Assembly: GCA_018971685.1 (NCBI GenBank)
Contig: JAGXAG010000002.1
Coordinates: forward strand, 66,276-130,275
Reading direction: 5' to 3'
Source of the DNA: Patescibacteria group bacterium
GTDB lineage: Bacteria; Patescibacteriota; Minisyncoccia; Phycocordibacterales; PALSA-1337
Length of the DNA: 64,000 nt
Both the position numbers and the translations under genes were made by a program. Below the pieces are notes generated by a model. That model was given only the letters and a program-made list of their open reading frames with translations, was not told the DNA's origin and searched no databases. Positions 49,760 to 59,750 of this stretch are shown piece by piece; positions within the stretch are counted from its first letter, which is position 1, and every line of letters starts with the position of its first letter.

Positions 49760-51565
49760 GTGCCAGAATCCACCCAAAAAGAGTTCCGCTTCAAACGCGG
49801 TTCAAGAGCGCTCGGATACATAAAAAAGTTCTCCGCCACCGAGAAAGTCGTTTTCGGCGTGTTTGTAATTCTAGCTTTGGTGACTGCGCTCTCCATGGCC
49901 GTTCGCGCCGCCGACAACTTCATGGTACTGATACCTGCCTACGGTGGCACTCTGCGCGAAGGGGTCGTCGGCTTGCCCAGGACGATCAATCCCGTGCTGG
50001 CTGTAACCGATGTTGACAGGGATCTGACGGCGCTTGTTTATTCCGGATTGATGAAATACCAAAATGGCAACCTTGTTCCGGATATCGCCAAGTCTTATGA
50101 CATCTCTAAAGACGGCTTGACATACGATTTCAAACTGAGAGACGATGTTTATTTTCAAGACGGCAAACCACTAAACGCAGACGACATTGAATTCACGGTG
50201 CAAAAAATACAAGATCCAAACTTGAAAAGCCCTAGACGCGCCGATTGGACCAATGTCATCGTTAAAAAGATAAGCGATTATGAAATACAATTCATCTTGA
50301 AACAAGCCTATTCCCCGTTTCTTGCCAACACGACCATCGGCATATTGCCCAAGCATGTTTGGGGTAATATAAGCGACGACCAATTCATTTTCAGCCAATA
50401 TAATACCGATCCGATCGGATCCGGACCTTATAAAATCGCCGGCATGGCGCGCGATCAAGGCGGCATTCCCACTGAATACGATCTGGAGACATGGAAGTCG
50501 TACTACGGCAAGGAGCCATACATTCCTTCGCTCGTCTTTGATTTTTATTCCGACGCCGATAAGATCGTCACGGATCTCGGCGCCGGCAAAATAGACTCAG
50601 CCGCCGCCATCGCACCAGAAACGGCCGCTAATCTGGCAAGCGATTTGGCACAGCCGTATACGGTGTTGTCGGCGCCAATGCCGCGAATTTTCGGAGTGTT
50701 TTTCAACCAAAACCAAGCACCGGTTTTGGCCGATGCGACGGTCAGACAAGCTTTGGATATGGCTGTTGACAGAGACGCTATTATCGCCAGAGTGCTCGAT
50801 GGTTACGGCATACCCGCCGACGGGCCTTTGCCGGCCGGATTTCTAGAAAACGCAACCGATACTCGATCCGCCCCCTTGAATAGCGACATAGCCACCAGTG
50901 CACCCGCCGCGACCACTTCGGCCGAATCTTTACGGAAGATATCCGATGCGCAATCGCTATTGCAAAATAAAGGCTGGGCCATGGACAGTAATGGCTTCTT
51001 AGCCAAGAAATCAGGCAAAACGACCAACGAGCTTGCCTTTGACATATACACCGCCGATTCACCGGACCTGAAATCCACAGCCGAAATGGTCAGGGACGCT
51101 TGGACCAAACTTGGCGCCAAAGTCAGCGTCAAAGTCTTTGAGACCGGCGATCTGTATCAGAATGTCATCCGCACCCGCAAGTACGACGCCCTTCTTTTCG
51201 GCGAGCAGATCGGCAAGGACGGCGATCTCTATGCCTTCTGGCATTCTTCGCAAAGAAATTCGCCGGGCTTGAATGTGGCCATGTACGCCAACAGCAAAGT
51301 CGACAAGGTATTGGAGGATTTGCGCTCGTCGACCGATCCGGCGACCCGCGTCGGCGACTATGCCAAACTGGAACAAATGATCAGTGCCGACACGCCAGCG
51401 GTATTCCTTTATTCGCCGGATTTCATTTATGCCGTACCGAAAACGCTGAGCGGCATAACCTTGGATTCGATCACAACGCCGACGGACAGATGGAACTCAG
51501 TTTCCAACTGGTACTTGGATACGGAAAAAGTATGGAAGATGTTCGCCAACAATCGGATCGAGTAA
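49760..51565 (+). CDS. Peptide ABC transporter substrate-binding protein (family 5)
   Basis: GGTLREG, INPVLA, FQDGKPLNADDIEFT, PIGSGPY. Confidence 0.9.
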   Translation: MPESTQKEFRFKRGSRALGYIKKFSATEKVVFGVFVILALVTALSMAVRAADNFMVLIPAYGGTLREGVVGLPRTINPVLAVTDVDRDLTALVYSGLMKYQNGNLVPDIAKSYDISKDGLTYDFKLRDDVYFQDGKPLNADDIEFTVQKIQDPNLKSPRRADWTNVIVKKISDYEIQFILKQAYSPFLANTTIGILPKHVWGNISDDQFIFSQYNTDPIGSGPYKIAGMARDQGGIPTEYDLETWKSYYGKEPYIPSLVFDFYSDADKIVTDLGAGKIDSAAAIAPETAANLASDLAQPYTVLSAPMPRIFGVFFNQNQAPVLADATVRQALDMAVDRDAIIARVLDGYGIPADGPLPAGFLENATDTRSAPLNSDIATSAPAATTSAESLRKISDAQSLLQNKGWAMDSNGFLAKKSGKTTNELAFDIYTADSPDLKSTAEMVRDAWTKLGAKVSVKVFETGDLYQNVIRTRKYDALLFGEQIGKDGDLYAFWHSSQRNSPGLNVAMYANSKVDKVLEDLRSSTDPATRVGDYAKLEQMISADTPAVFLYSPDFIYAVPKTLSGITLDSITTPTDRWNSVSNWYLDTEKVWKMFANNRIE

Positions 51566-51622
51566 ATCGGAAATAGTAGATGAGAAACAAATTACAAATA
51601 ACAATTTGAAAAATAAAAGGTA

Positions 51623-53668
51623 ATGAACAATCAATCAAACAATTACAATAGACGCCGCCCGGCTCAATTCCGGCCACGGCGACCGTTCGTACGCCAGGTC
51701 CAGACCAGGATTTTGCGACAGGAAACACCGTCTGCAAATGCTCAAAGCGCGTCTACGACGAATAAAATACCAGATCCATTTTCGGCGCAACACACCCACC
51801 GGATCGTGATGGGCCGCGGCGCCAGCAAAGTTTTTGCCAAGAGATTCGAAGATAAAACGGGTGGCGAAGGCTTGAGGCCGCGCAAGCATGTCGCCGGCGC
51901 CCGAATGAGCATAATGCGCAAAGCCCCTCGAATGGCCAGGCGCCCGGCGCCGCGGCATTTGGTATCGAAGCGCGAAGACGATATCATCCCGCCGCTCGCG
52001 GACGGCGCCATCAGGATAATACCATTGGGCGGCGTCGAGGAAGTCGGCCGCAACATGACCGCCATCGAACATAAAGGCGACATCATCATCGTAGACATGG
52101 GCTTCCAATTCAAGGAAGAAGGCACGCCGGGCATCGATTACATCCTACCCAATACCAAATATCTGGAGGAACGGACAAACATGATCCGCGGCGTTTTCAT
52201 CACTCACGGACACCTCGACCATATCGGCGGCATTCCTTATATCATGCCTCGGATCGGCAATCCGCCCATTTACTCCAGGCAATTCGGAGCGATCATGATC
52301 CAAAAGCGCCAAGCTGAATTTCCGAATGTGCCGCCTTTGGACATGAAAGTGCTGGACAAGAATGAAACCGTGGCGATAAGCCCAAATATGAAAGTCGAGA
52401 CTTTCGCTATTTCGCACACCATTCCGGACTCGATGGGGCTCATCATCCACACATCGGTCGGAGACATCGCATTCATCGAAGATGTTCGCGTCGACAATAT
52501 AAACGGCGCTGTTACCGAAGAAGAAGAGAAACAGTACGAAAGATTCAAAGGCAAGAAGATGCTCTTGCTCACCATGGATTCGACTTCGATCGAAAAGCAC
52601 GGTTTCTCGCTCTCCGAGAGCACGGTCACGGAGAACATCGAAAAGATCATCAAAGTGTCTTCCGGCAGGATCATCATAGGCACTTTCGCATCGCAAGTGG
52701 AACGTATCGTGAATATCGTCAAGATCGCCGAAAAATACAACAAGAAGATCGCCGTCGAGGGCCGCAGCATGAAAACAAACATCGAAATCATCCAGCAACT
52801 GAAACTCGCCAAAATCTCGAACATAATTCCGGTCGAAGATATCGAAAATTATCCGCCCGACAGGATCATAATGTTGGTAACCGGCGCGCAGGGCGAAGAA
52901 TTCGCGGCCTTGATGCGCATTGCCAACAAGTCGCACAAATATATCCGCTTGCGCCCGACAGACACGATCGTTCTGTCGTCGTCGATCATTCCGACGAATT
53001 ACATGTCTGTCGTCAAGCTCAAAGACAACCTGTACCGCTCGGAGGCAAAAGTCATTACTTATCTCGATTCGGACATTCACGCTTCTGGGCACGGCAACCG
53101 CGGCGAATTGAAATGGATCCACGAACATATCGACTACAAGTTTTTTATGCCGGTGCACGGCAACCATTACATGTTGCGCCAGCATGCGGAATTGGCACAG
53201 TCGCTCGGCAAACCGAGAGAAAACATCGTGGTTCCGGACAACGGGTCGCTCATCGAAATCGACCCTGAAGGCAACAAGGTCACGGTACGCAAAGAAAAAG
53301 CGCCTTCTGGCCTGGTGATGGTTGACGGCTTTTCGGTCGGCAATGTGCAGGATGTCGTTATTCGCGATCGCCAAGCGCTGGCGCAAGACGGCATATTCAT
53401 CGTCTTCGGCATCATTAACGCCTCGACGGGCAAGCTCAAGAAGTCGCCGGATATCATTTCGCGCGGATTCGTCTATCTGCGCGAGTCGCAAGAACTGCTG
53501 TACGAAGTGCGCCAAATCATCAAAGAGACGGTCGAGCGCGCCGCGCGCGGCATGAATCCGATCAATATTGATTTTATCAAAGACAGTGTCTCCGACGCAG
53601 TCTCCAAATACCTCCTGCAAAAAACCGCCAAACGCCCGATGGTCATTCCGGTCATTTTGACGATTTGA
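51623..53668 (+). CDS. rnj: Ribonuclease J with long N-terminal extension
   Basis: IIPLGGVEEVGRNM, THGHLDHIGG, HASGH, PVHG. Confidence 0.95.
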   Translation: MNNQSNNYNRRRPAQFRPRRPFVRQVQTRILRQETPSANAQSASTTNKIPDPFSAQHTHRIVMGRGASKVFAKRFEDKTGGEGLRPRKHVAGARMSIMRKAPRMARRPAPRHLVSKREDDIIPPLADGAIRIIPLGGVEEVGRNMTAIEHKGDIIIVDMGFQFKEEGTPGIDYILPNTKYLEERTNMIRGVFITHGHLDHIGGIPYIMPRIGNPPIYSRQFGAIMIQKRQAEFPNVPPLDMKVLDKNETVAISPNMKVETFAISHTIPDSMGLIIHTSVGDIAFIEDVRVDNINGAVTEEEEKQYERFKGKKMLLLTMDSTSIEKHGFSLSESTVTENIEKIIKVSSGRIIIGTFASQVERIVNIVKIAEKYNKKIAVEGRSMKTNIEIIQQLKLAKISNIIPVEDIENYPPDRIIMLVTGAQGEEFAALMRIANKSHKYIRLRPTDTIVLSSSIIPTNYMSVVKLKDNLYRSEAKVITYLDSDIHASGHGNRGELKWIHEHIDYKFFMPVHGNHYMLRQHAELAQSLGKPRENIVVPDNGSLIEIDPEGNKVTVRKEKAPSGLVMVDGFSVGNVQDVVIRDRQALAQDGIFIVFGIINASTGKLKKSPDIISRGFVYLRESQELLYEVRQIIKETVERAARGMNPINIDFIKDSVSDAVSKYLLQKTAKRPMVIPVILTI

Positions 53669-53692
53669 TATTTTCTGAAATTATGTCCAGTG

Positions 53693-53727
53693 AAAGACCG
53701 TCCCGATGCATATCGGAACGGTCTTTG
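53693..53727 (+). terminator. Hairpin after rnj (terminator or short CCCGAT..ATCGG repeat)
   Basis: AAAGACCGTCCCGAT-GCAT-ATCGGAACGGTCTTT. Confidence 0.65.
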
Positions 53728-53762
53728 CCGTGTGAACCATGATTCGTGTATTATTAGTTTTA

Positions 53763-54443
53763 ATGAAAATCGCCGACCAATTGACCAAACTGAACCACCA
53801 CGCGTACTGTATTGCCGGCAATGATCTGGCAGCCGAGGAGATTGTCAACGCCTTGGCGAAACTGCACGGCATAGAGGCAAAAAGCAACCCCGATTTTGCC
53901 GTCGAAACATACGAGACTTTCACCATTTCCGACGCGCGCAGACTGAAAGATTCCTCTAACATAAAACCCGTCGATTCATCCGGTAAAAAAATCTTCATTC
54001 TGACCTTGGACAGCATTACGACCGAGGCGCAAAACGCGCTCTTGAAATTGCTCGAGGAGCCCGCCGAATACGCGCACTTCTTCCTGATCGTGCCTTCGGC
54101 GTATTTATTACTGCCCACAGTCAAGTCCCGCCTTTTTTTCCTTGAATGGGAACGCGGCAACCTTAATGCCGTTTCGAAAAAAGAGGCCGAGGCGTTCTTG
54201 AAGCTCGGTCTTTCCAAGAAACTGGAGTTCATTAAAAAACTGACCGATGACATTTCCAAAGAGAGAAAAACCAAACGCGCCGCCGTCGATTTCCTCAACG
54301 CCGTCGAAGCTGTCGTTTACAAAGAAAAAGGAGTCAAAACGGGCCGGAAGACGCTCGAATCAATTCAGTTGGCCAGAAAATATTTAAACGACAGGGCACC
54401 TTCGGTGAAGATGCTTCTGGAGCTTGTGACGCTGTCGTTATAA
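53763..54443 (+). CDS. holB: DNA polymerase III delta-prime-like subunit (reduced)
   Basis: EAQNALLKLLEEP, LLPTVKSR. Confidence 0.8.
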   Translation: MKIADQLTKLNHHAYCIAGNDLAAEEIVNALAKLHGIEAKSNPDFAVETYETFTISDARRLKDSSNIKPVDSSGKKIFILTLDSITTEAQNALLKLLEEPAEYAHFFLIVPSAYLLLPTVKSRLFFLEWERGNLNAVSKKEAEAFLKLGLSKKLEFIKKLTDDISKERKTKRAAVDFLNAVEAVVYKEKGVKTGRKTLESIQLARKYLNDRAPSVKMLLELVTLSL

Positions 54444-54620
54444 AGAAAATAAATTGACCGCCAGAGACTCAGCAAACGCTGTTTGTTCTCTAGCGGTCGA
54501 GCGGGCCGTCGGACTTAATTCAAATGAGTTTTGGCGGTCTTCATAGTCTATAGCAATGATCCACTTGGCAGCCGGTACTTTCGTACCTATCAAACTCCAA
54601 GACTTTTCCAAGATCATCTG
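54444..54620 (-). ncRNA. Candidate structured small RNA (unassigned)
   Basis: Own promoter; nested stems with GGUAC-GAAA-GUACC; terminal hairpin plus U-tract. Confidence 0.5.
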
Positions 54621-54626
54621 ACCACC

Positions 54627-54654
54627 AGAATACCAGAACACACTTTTTTGTCAA
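54627..54654 (-). promoter_or_regulatory. Sigma70 promoter
   Basis: TTGACA-16 nt-TATTCT with extended -10 TG. Confidence 0.7.
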
Positions 54655-54798
54655 GCACAAATGCGGTTTTCCAATCATTAAAAAGGAAAAAGTGGCTTTA
54701 TTAAGCCACTATATGGAAAACAAGATAAAATCAATCCGAGTAAAATTCAAGGCAAAACTGGGAATAAAACCAAAATCTGGCGACAGGGGTGGTGAAAA

Positions 54799-55815
54799 TC
54801 ACCGGCGCTTGGAAATCACCGCCTTTTTGTAGGTGTCGAGGTGTTCGAGCGCGATGCCGGTACCCTTGGCGACACAGAGAAGCGGTTCGTCAGCAACTTG
54901 CGCCTTGACGCCCGTGCGGCGGAAGACCAATTCCGCCATATTGCGCAACAAGGAAGAGCCGCCCGTCAGAATAATCCCTTGATCAATAATGTCCGCCGCC
55001 AATTCCGGCGGCGTCTCTTGCAAAACATCCTTTATCGCCGTGATCATGTCGCGCAACTCTTTTGAAATCGCCTTGACGATTTCATTCGTTTTAACCTCCA
55101 CCGACCGCGGCAAACCGGTGATAAAATCACGACCTTTCACCAGCATCGCCAATTCTTGATCCAGAGGGATCGCCGAGCCGATCTTCGTCTTGATGTCTTC
55201 CGCCATATGGTCCCCGATCGCCAGATTGAACGACTTTTTCACGAAGTCCGCAATCGCCGCGTCAAGCTTATTACCGGCGCATTTGACCGAAGTCGAGGCC
55301 ACAATACCGCCCAGAGAAATCACCGCCACATCCGTCGTGCCGCCGCCGATATCGACGATCATATGCCCGCGCGCTTCGTGGATGGGAATGCCTGCGCCGA
55401 TCGCCGCCAAAATAGGCTCCTTGACGACATAGGCATTCTTGGCGCCGGCGCGCACGGCGGCTTCGATGACCGCGCGGCGTTCCGTCGAAGTTATGCCGGC
55501 CGGCACCGACACCATCACATCCGGCTTGAAAAAATTCCACCGGCCCATCGCTTTGTCGATAAAGTGCCGAAGCATCGCTTCGGTCACGCGATAGTCGGCA
55601 ATAACGCCGTCCCTCATGGGCCTGTAAGCAACGATCGTGTCCGGTGTGCGGCCGACCATTTCTTTGGCCTCGTCGCCGACCGAAAGCACTTTTTTGTCCG
55701 TTTCGGAAACCGCCACCACCGACGGTTCGTTCATGACGATGCCCTTGCCGGGCACGAAAACGACGGTATTGGCGGTACCGAGATCGATGCCCAATTTCGG
55801 AGAAAATACGCTCAT
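54799..55815 (-). CDS. mreB: Rod shape-determining protein MreB
   Basis: GIDLGTANT, VDIGGGTT, LTGG. Confidence 0.96.
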   Translation of the reverse strand: MSVFSPKLGIDLGTANTVVFVPGKGIVMNEPSVVAVSETDKKVLSVGDEAKEMVGRTPDTIVAYRPMRDGVIADYRVTEAMLRHFIDKAMGRWNFFKPDVMVSVPAGITSTERRAVIEAAVRAGAKNAYVVKEPILAAIGAGIPIHEARGHMIVDIGGGTTDVAVISLGGIVASTSVKCAGNKLDAAIADFVKKSFNLAIGDHMAEDIKTKIGSAIPLDQELAMLVKGRDFITGLPRSVEVKTNEIVKAISKELRDMITAIKDVLQETPPELAADIIDQGIILTGGSSLLRNMAELVFRRTGVKAQVADEPLLCVAKGTGIALEHLDTYKKAVISKRR

Positions 55816-55852
55816 GTCCGTATGTTTGAATATAGCACAAAGATAACCGTTG

Positions 55853-57154
55853 TCACTTCCTCTCGATATTCGCTCCGATGGCTTTCAATTTTTCTTCTAA
55901 TCTTTCATACCCCCTGTCTAAGAGCCGCACATTATTCACGGTAAACTTTCCCTTTCCGACGAGCGCCGCGAGCACTATCGCGAAGCCCGCGCGGATATCG
56001 TGTACGCGCAATTCTTGGCCGCTGGGCAACTCGCTGAGCGCCGTCGGGCCTTTTATCACAATCTCGCGCGGATTTACAACTGCGATGTCGGCACCAGCCT
56101 GTTTCAAATCTTCAACATACTTGAATCGTCCATCATAAATCGTCTCGAGTACTGAACTTTTACCGGCAGCTTGCGTCAGAAATACCGTCATCGGTGCCTG
56201 TAAATCGGTCGGAAAACCTGGATATTCGTGAGTCCGCAGATCATTCACGGCCTTGAATGAAACTCCTTTTTCGGTTACGCTCCTTACCAACAGGTTGGAC
56301 TTGTCTATTTCGATGGATACGCCGGCATTATGCAATACATTTATTGCCGCTTCCATATGTTTCGGCTCACAACCTTCGATTTTCAACTCCTCGGCGCACA
56401 ACGCTCCCAGAATAAGAAAACTGCCGGATTCGATCCTGTCCGGAATGGTTACATAAGGCTTGATAGATTTTAACAGCTTGCCGGCAGTGCCTTCTATCTC
56501 AATAGTTGTTGTGCCGGCGCCTTTTATGTTCGCACCGCACGAATTCAACCATTCGGCAATACTGGCGATTTCCGGCTCCATGGCGCAATTTTTTAGCACC
56601 GTCCTGCCTTTCGCCAAAACCGCCGCCATCATCAATGTCTCGGTACCGCCGACCGTCTGCTTGTCAAAAAACATTTCCGCGCCCTTCAAGCCTTTTTCAG
56701 CCTGAATGTCGTACAGGCCGTTCTCCGCGACCGTGGCTCTCATGCTCCTGTATCCGTCCAAAAACAAATCGATCGGCCGCGCCCCTATCACGCAACCGCC
56801 CGGCGCCGGAAACGAAACTCTGCCGAATCTCGCCAATAAAGGCCCGGTCAGAACCACTGACGCCCGCATGCTTCCGGCCAATTCCGCGTCGATGTCCGTG
56901 TTGTTGATTTTGCTCGCGTCGATTGTTAAAGTTTCCGATTTTTCGACCCTTGCTCCCAGCTTGCTCAATATTTCACTCATCGTTTTGATATCCTCGGTCT
57001 CGGGCACATTGGTCAATTCCACCGCGCCGTCGAAAAGCGCGGCCGCGGCCATCGCTTTCAAGGCCGCGTTCTTCGCCCCCTGAATTTTGACCGATCCTTT
57101 CAGTTTTTTTTCGCCCTCGAGGCCTTCAATGATGAATTTGTCTTTTTTATCCAT
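55853..57154 (-). CDS. murA: UDP-N-acetylglucosamine 1-carboxyvinyltransferase
   Basis: GAKNA, MRAS, PGGCVIGARPID, PGFPTDLQ. Confidence 0.96.
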   Translation of the reverse strand: MDKKDKFIIEGLEGEKKLKGSVKIQGAKNAALKAMAAAALFDGAVELTNVPETEDIKTMSEILSKLGARVEKSETLTIDASKINNTDIDAELAGSMRASVVLTGPLLARFGRVSFPAPGGCVIGARPIDLFLDGYRSMRATVAENGLYDIQAEKGLKGAEMFFDKQTVGGTETLMMAAVLAKGRTVLKNCAMEPEIASIAEWLNSCGANIKGAGTTTIEIEGTAGKLLKSIKPYVTIPDRIESGSFLILGALCAEELKIEGCEPKHMEAAINVLHNAGVSIEIDKSNLLVRSVTEKGVSFKAVNDLRTHEYPGFPTDLQAPMTVFLTQAAGKSSVLETIYDGRFKYVEDLKQAGADIAVVNPREIVIKGPTALSELPSGQELRVHDIRAGFAIVLAALVGKGKFTVNNVRLLDRGYERLEEKLKAIGANIERK

Positions 57155-57215
57155 AAGTACGGCAATTGTAGCTTGATTCTCGATAATTCTCAACGGATGT
57201 TGTATAAATAGAGCA

Positions 57216-59138
57216 ATGAACTTAATAACAGTCATCCCGATCACTCGTTCAAAAGTGGCCACGAACCTATCGTATTTCACCGCCGCCGAAATACCATTAG
57301 GCGCGCTTGTATCGGTGCCATTGAGATCGAAAACTGTTCACGCCATCGTAACTGAAATAAGACCAGCCGAAGATTTGAAAAGCGAAATCAGGAACGCGCC
57401 GTTCCAGTTCCGCAAATTAGGCAAAGTCAAAGCGGCGGCCTTTTTCCCCGCCTCGTTCATCCGCTCTTGCAACGAGCTTGCCGACTACTACGCAACCACC
57501 ACGGGCGCCGTCATGCGCGGGCTCGTTTCCAATAACATACTTGAAAATTCGGGCAAGATCGCGCCCCCTTTGCCGGCACAGGCCGAGATGTTCGGGGGCT
57601 TGGAGACAGGCCGCGCCACGGCAGACAGAGACCGCGTGTTCGTTGTACAGGGCGATGAGAGCGATCGTATGAGCTCATGGAGAAGCCTTATCCGCCAAGA
57701 ATTCGCGCGCAAGAAATCTGTAGCCGCATACGCACCCACTACCGAAGACGCCAAGAATATTTTTTCCATTTTGGAAAAAGGCATAGAAGAATACATTTTC
57801 CTATTGCATTCCGGCCTGACAAAAAAACAAGTCTTGGACACATGGACCAGAATTGCCGAGACCAAACACCCAACACTTGTAGTAGCCACCGGCTCATTCT
57901 CGGTATTGCCAAGAAACGATATCGAAACGATCATAATCGAACGGGAAAACGGCCGCGGTTGGATATCAGAAAGAGCTCCGTATATGGATATGCGCCGCGC
58001 GCTAGAAACCGTCGCCAGAAACGAAAAGAAAAACATATATATGGCCGATGATCTGCTCGGAGTCGAGACTTTGCATCGCCTCGATGAAGAAAAAGCTGTG
58101 GCCGGTTCCCCTTTCAAATGGAGATCGATCTCGAATGCTCGAGACAGCTTGGTCGATATGCGCGCCAATAAATCCGCCGGAAATGATTTCCGCGTGATAT
58201 CTCCGGAACTCGAAGATCTGGTGAGAAAAGGCCGGGAAGAAAATGTCCACTTATTTATTTTGTCCACCCGGCGCGGTCTTGCTCCGGTTACGGTTTGCGA
58301 TGATTGCGAAACCGTCGTGTCTTGCAAGAATTGTTCCGCGCCGGTGGTGCTGCATACCTCGGCCAAAACTGGCAAAAATTTCTTTTTGTGTCACAAATGC
58401 GGCGAAAAACGCGACACTGAGGAGAGCTGTACTGTCTGCGGCGGCTGGCGATTGACGCCGATCGGCATAGGCGTCGAGAGAGTCACCGCAGAACTCAAGG
58501 CAAAATTCCCACATATGGAAACATTCAGTATCGATGCCGATTCGGTCAAGAATAAAAAACACGCCGAGGAAATCATGGAAAGGTGGCGGGCCCGTCCGGG
58601 ATCGATTTTGGTCGGCACCGAAACGGCGCTGCTTCATTTGTCGGAAAAGGTGGAATATTCGGCAGTAGCTTCGCTTGATTCACTGTTTGCTCTGCCTGAT
58701 TTTCGCATCCAGGAAAGGATTATGTACATGCTTATCCGTTTGCGGTCTCGTACAGAGCGGATGGTCTTGGTTCAGTCGCGCCGATCAGAAGAAAAGGTCT
58801 TTGAATACGGCCTCAAGGGAAATCTTTCAGACTTTTATCGCGGCACGCTTTCGGAACGAAAGTCTTTCGACTATCCGCCGTTCCGCACTCTTATAAAAAT
58901 AACGATCGAAGGCAAGAAAGATCCGATCGCAAAACTGATGTCGGACATACGGGAAACACTCGAGCCGTTCGAAGTCGAGGTTTTTCCGGCTTTTACGGCA
59001 ACGGTGCGCGGCAATTCCATCATTCATGGATTGATTAGGATCGAGACAGACCTTTGGCCTAAACCGGAACTGATCGCAAAATTGCGTTCTTTACCTCCGG
59101 AAGTAAGCGTGAAAGTGGATCCGGAAAGTTTACTCTAG
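57216..59138 (+). CDS. priA: Primosomal protein N' (helicase motifs degenerate)
   Basis: N-terminal 3'-DNA-binding region, two zinc knuckles, PDFR, YPPF. Confidence 0.88.
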   Translation: MNLITVIPITRSKVATNLSYFTAAEIPLGALVSVPLRSKTVHAIVTEIRPAEDLKSEIRNAPFQFRKLGKVKAAAFFPASFIRSCNELADYYATTTGAVMRGLVSNNILENSGKIAPPLPAQAEMFGGLETGRATADRDRVFVVQGDESDRMSSWRSLIRQEFARKKSVAAYAPTTEDAKNIFSILEKGIEEYIFLLHSGLTKKQVLDTWTRIAETKHPTLVVATGSFSVLPRNDIETIIIERENGRGWISERAPYMDMRRALETVARNEKKNIYMADDLLGVETLHRLDEEKAVAGSPFKWRSISNARDSLVDMRANKSAGNDFRVISPELEDLVRKGREENVHLFILSTRRGLAPVTVCDDCETVVSCKNCSAPVVLHTSAKTGKNFFLCHKCGEKRDTEESCTVCGGWRLTPIGIGVERVTAELKAKFPHMETFSIDADSVKNKKHAEEIMERWRARPGSILVGTETALLHLSEKVEYSAVASLDSLFALPDFRIQERIMYMLIRLRSRTERMVLVQSRRSEEKVFEYGLKGNLSDFYRGTLSERKSFDYPPFRTLIKITIEGKKDPIAKLMSDIRETLEPFEVEVFPAFTATVRGNSIIHGLIRIETDLWPKPELIAKLRSLPPEVSVKVDPESLL

Positions 59139-59175
59139 TTTTCAAGATCAATAAATTGTGTTATTGTCCAAAGAC

Positions 59176-59709
59176 ATGGAGATCGCACAGCGCGACAATC
59201 CGATTCTGCGCGGCAAAGCCAAGGCAATACCTTTGGATGATATCGGCTCTCCAAAAATTCAGGGCGTAATTGAAAAAATGAAGCTGGCCGTACATTCGCA
59301 AAAAGACGGCATAGCGATCGCGGCGCCGCAGATCGGCGAACTTTTGCAAATATTCGTGGTAAACGGCGAACTTATGAAAGCGGCTGATAAAAACTTCAAA
59401 GGCGGCGGCGCGGATTTGGTCTTCATCAACCCAAAAATCGTAAAGTTGTCTAAAGACAGGAGAGAGATGGAAGAGGGTTGTCTGTCGGTGCGCTGGCTTT
59501 ACGGCAAAGTCAAGCGCTCGACGCGGGCGTCTCTGGCGGCTTATGACGAAAAAGGAAACAAGATCAATCGCGGCGCATCGGGGCTTTTGGCGCAGATATT
59601 CCAGCATGAATGCGACCATTTGGAAGGCATTTTATTCACGGACAAGGCGAAAAAGGTTTGGGAAATGGCGCCGGAGGAAATTGAAGGGCTGAAAAACAGC
59701 GTCACATGA
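59176..59709 (+). CDS. def: Peptide deformylase
   Basis: GIAIAAPQIG, EGCLS, QHECDHLEG. Confidence 0.96.
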   Translation: MEIAQRDNPILRGKAKAIPLDDIGSPKIQGVIEKMKLAVHSQKDGIAIAAPQIGELLQIFVVNGELMKAADKNFKGGGADLVFINPKIVKLSKDRREMEEGCLSVRWLYGKVKRSTRASLAAYDEKGNKINRGASGLLAQIFQHECDHLEGILFTDKAKKVWEMAPEEIEGLKNSVT

Positions 59710-59750
59710 AAGATGCGATTTGTTTTTCGAAAACCGTGTATTACGATGAA

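Noticed and set aside
52145-53620. 491-aa antisense ORF opposite rnj
   Set aside because: No recognisable motifs; explained by codon bias of the sense gene. The same applies to long shadows opposite dnaK, groL, mreB, priA and MFS.
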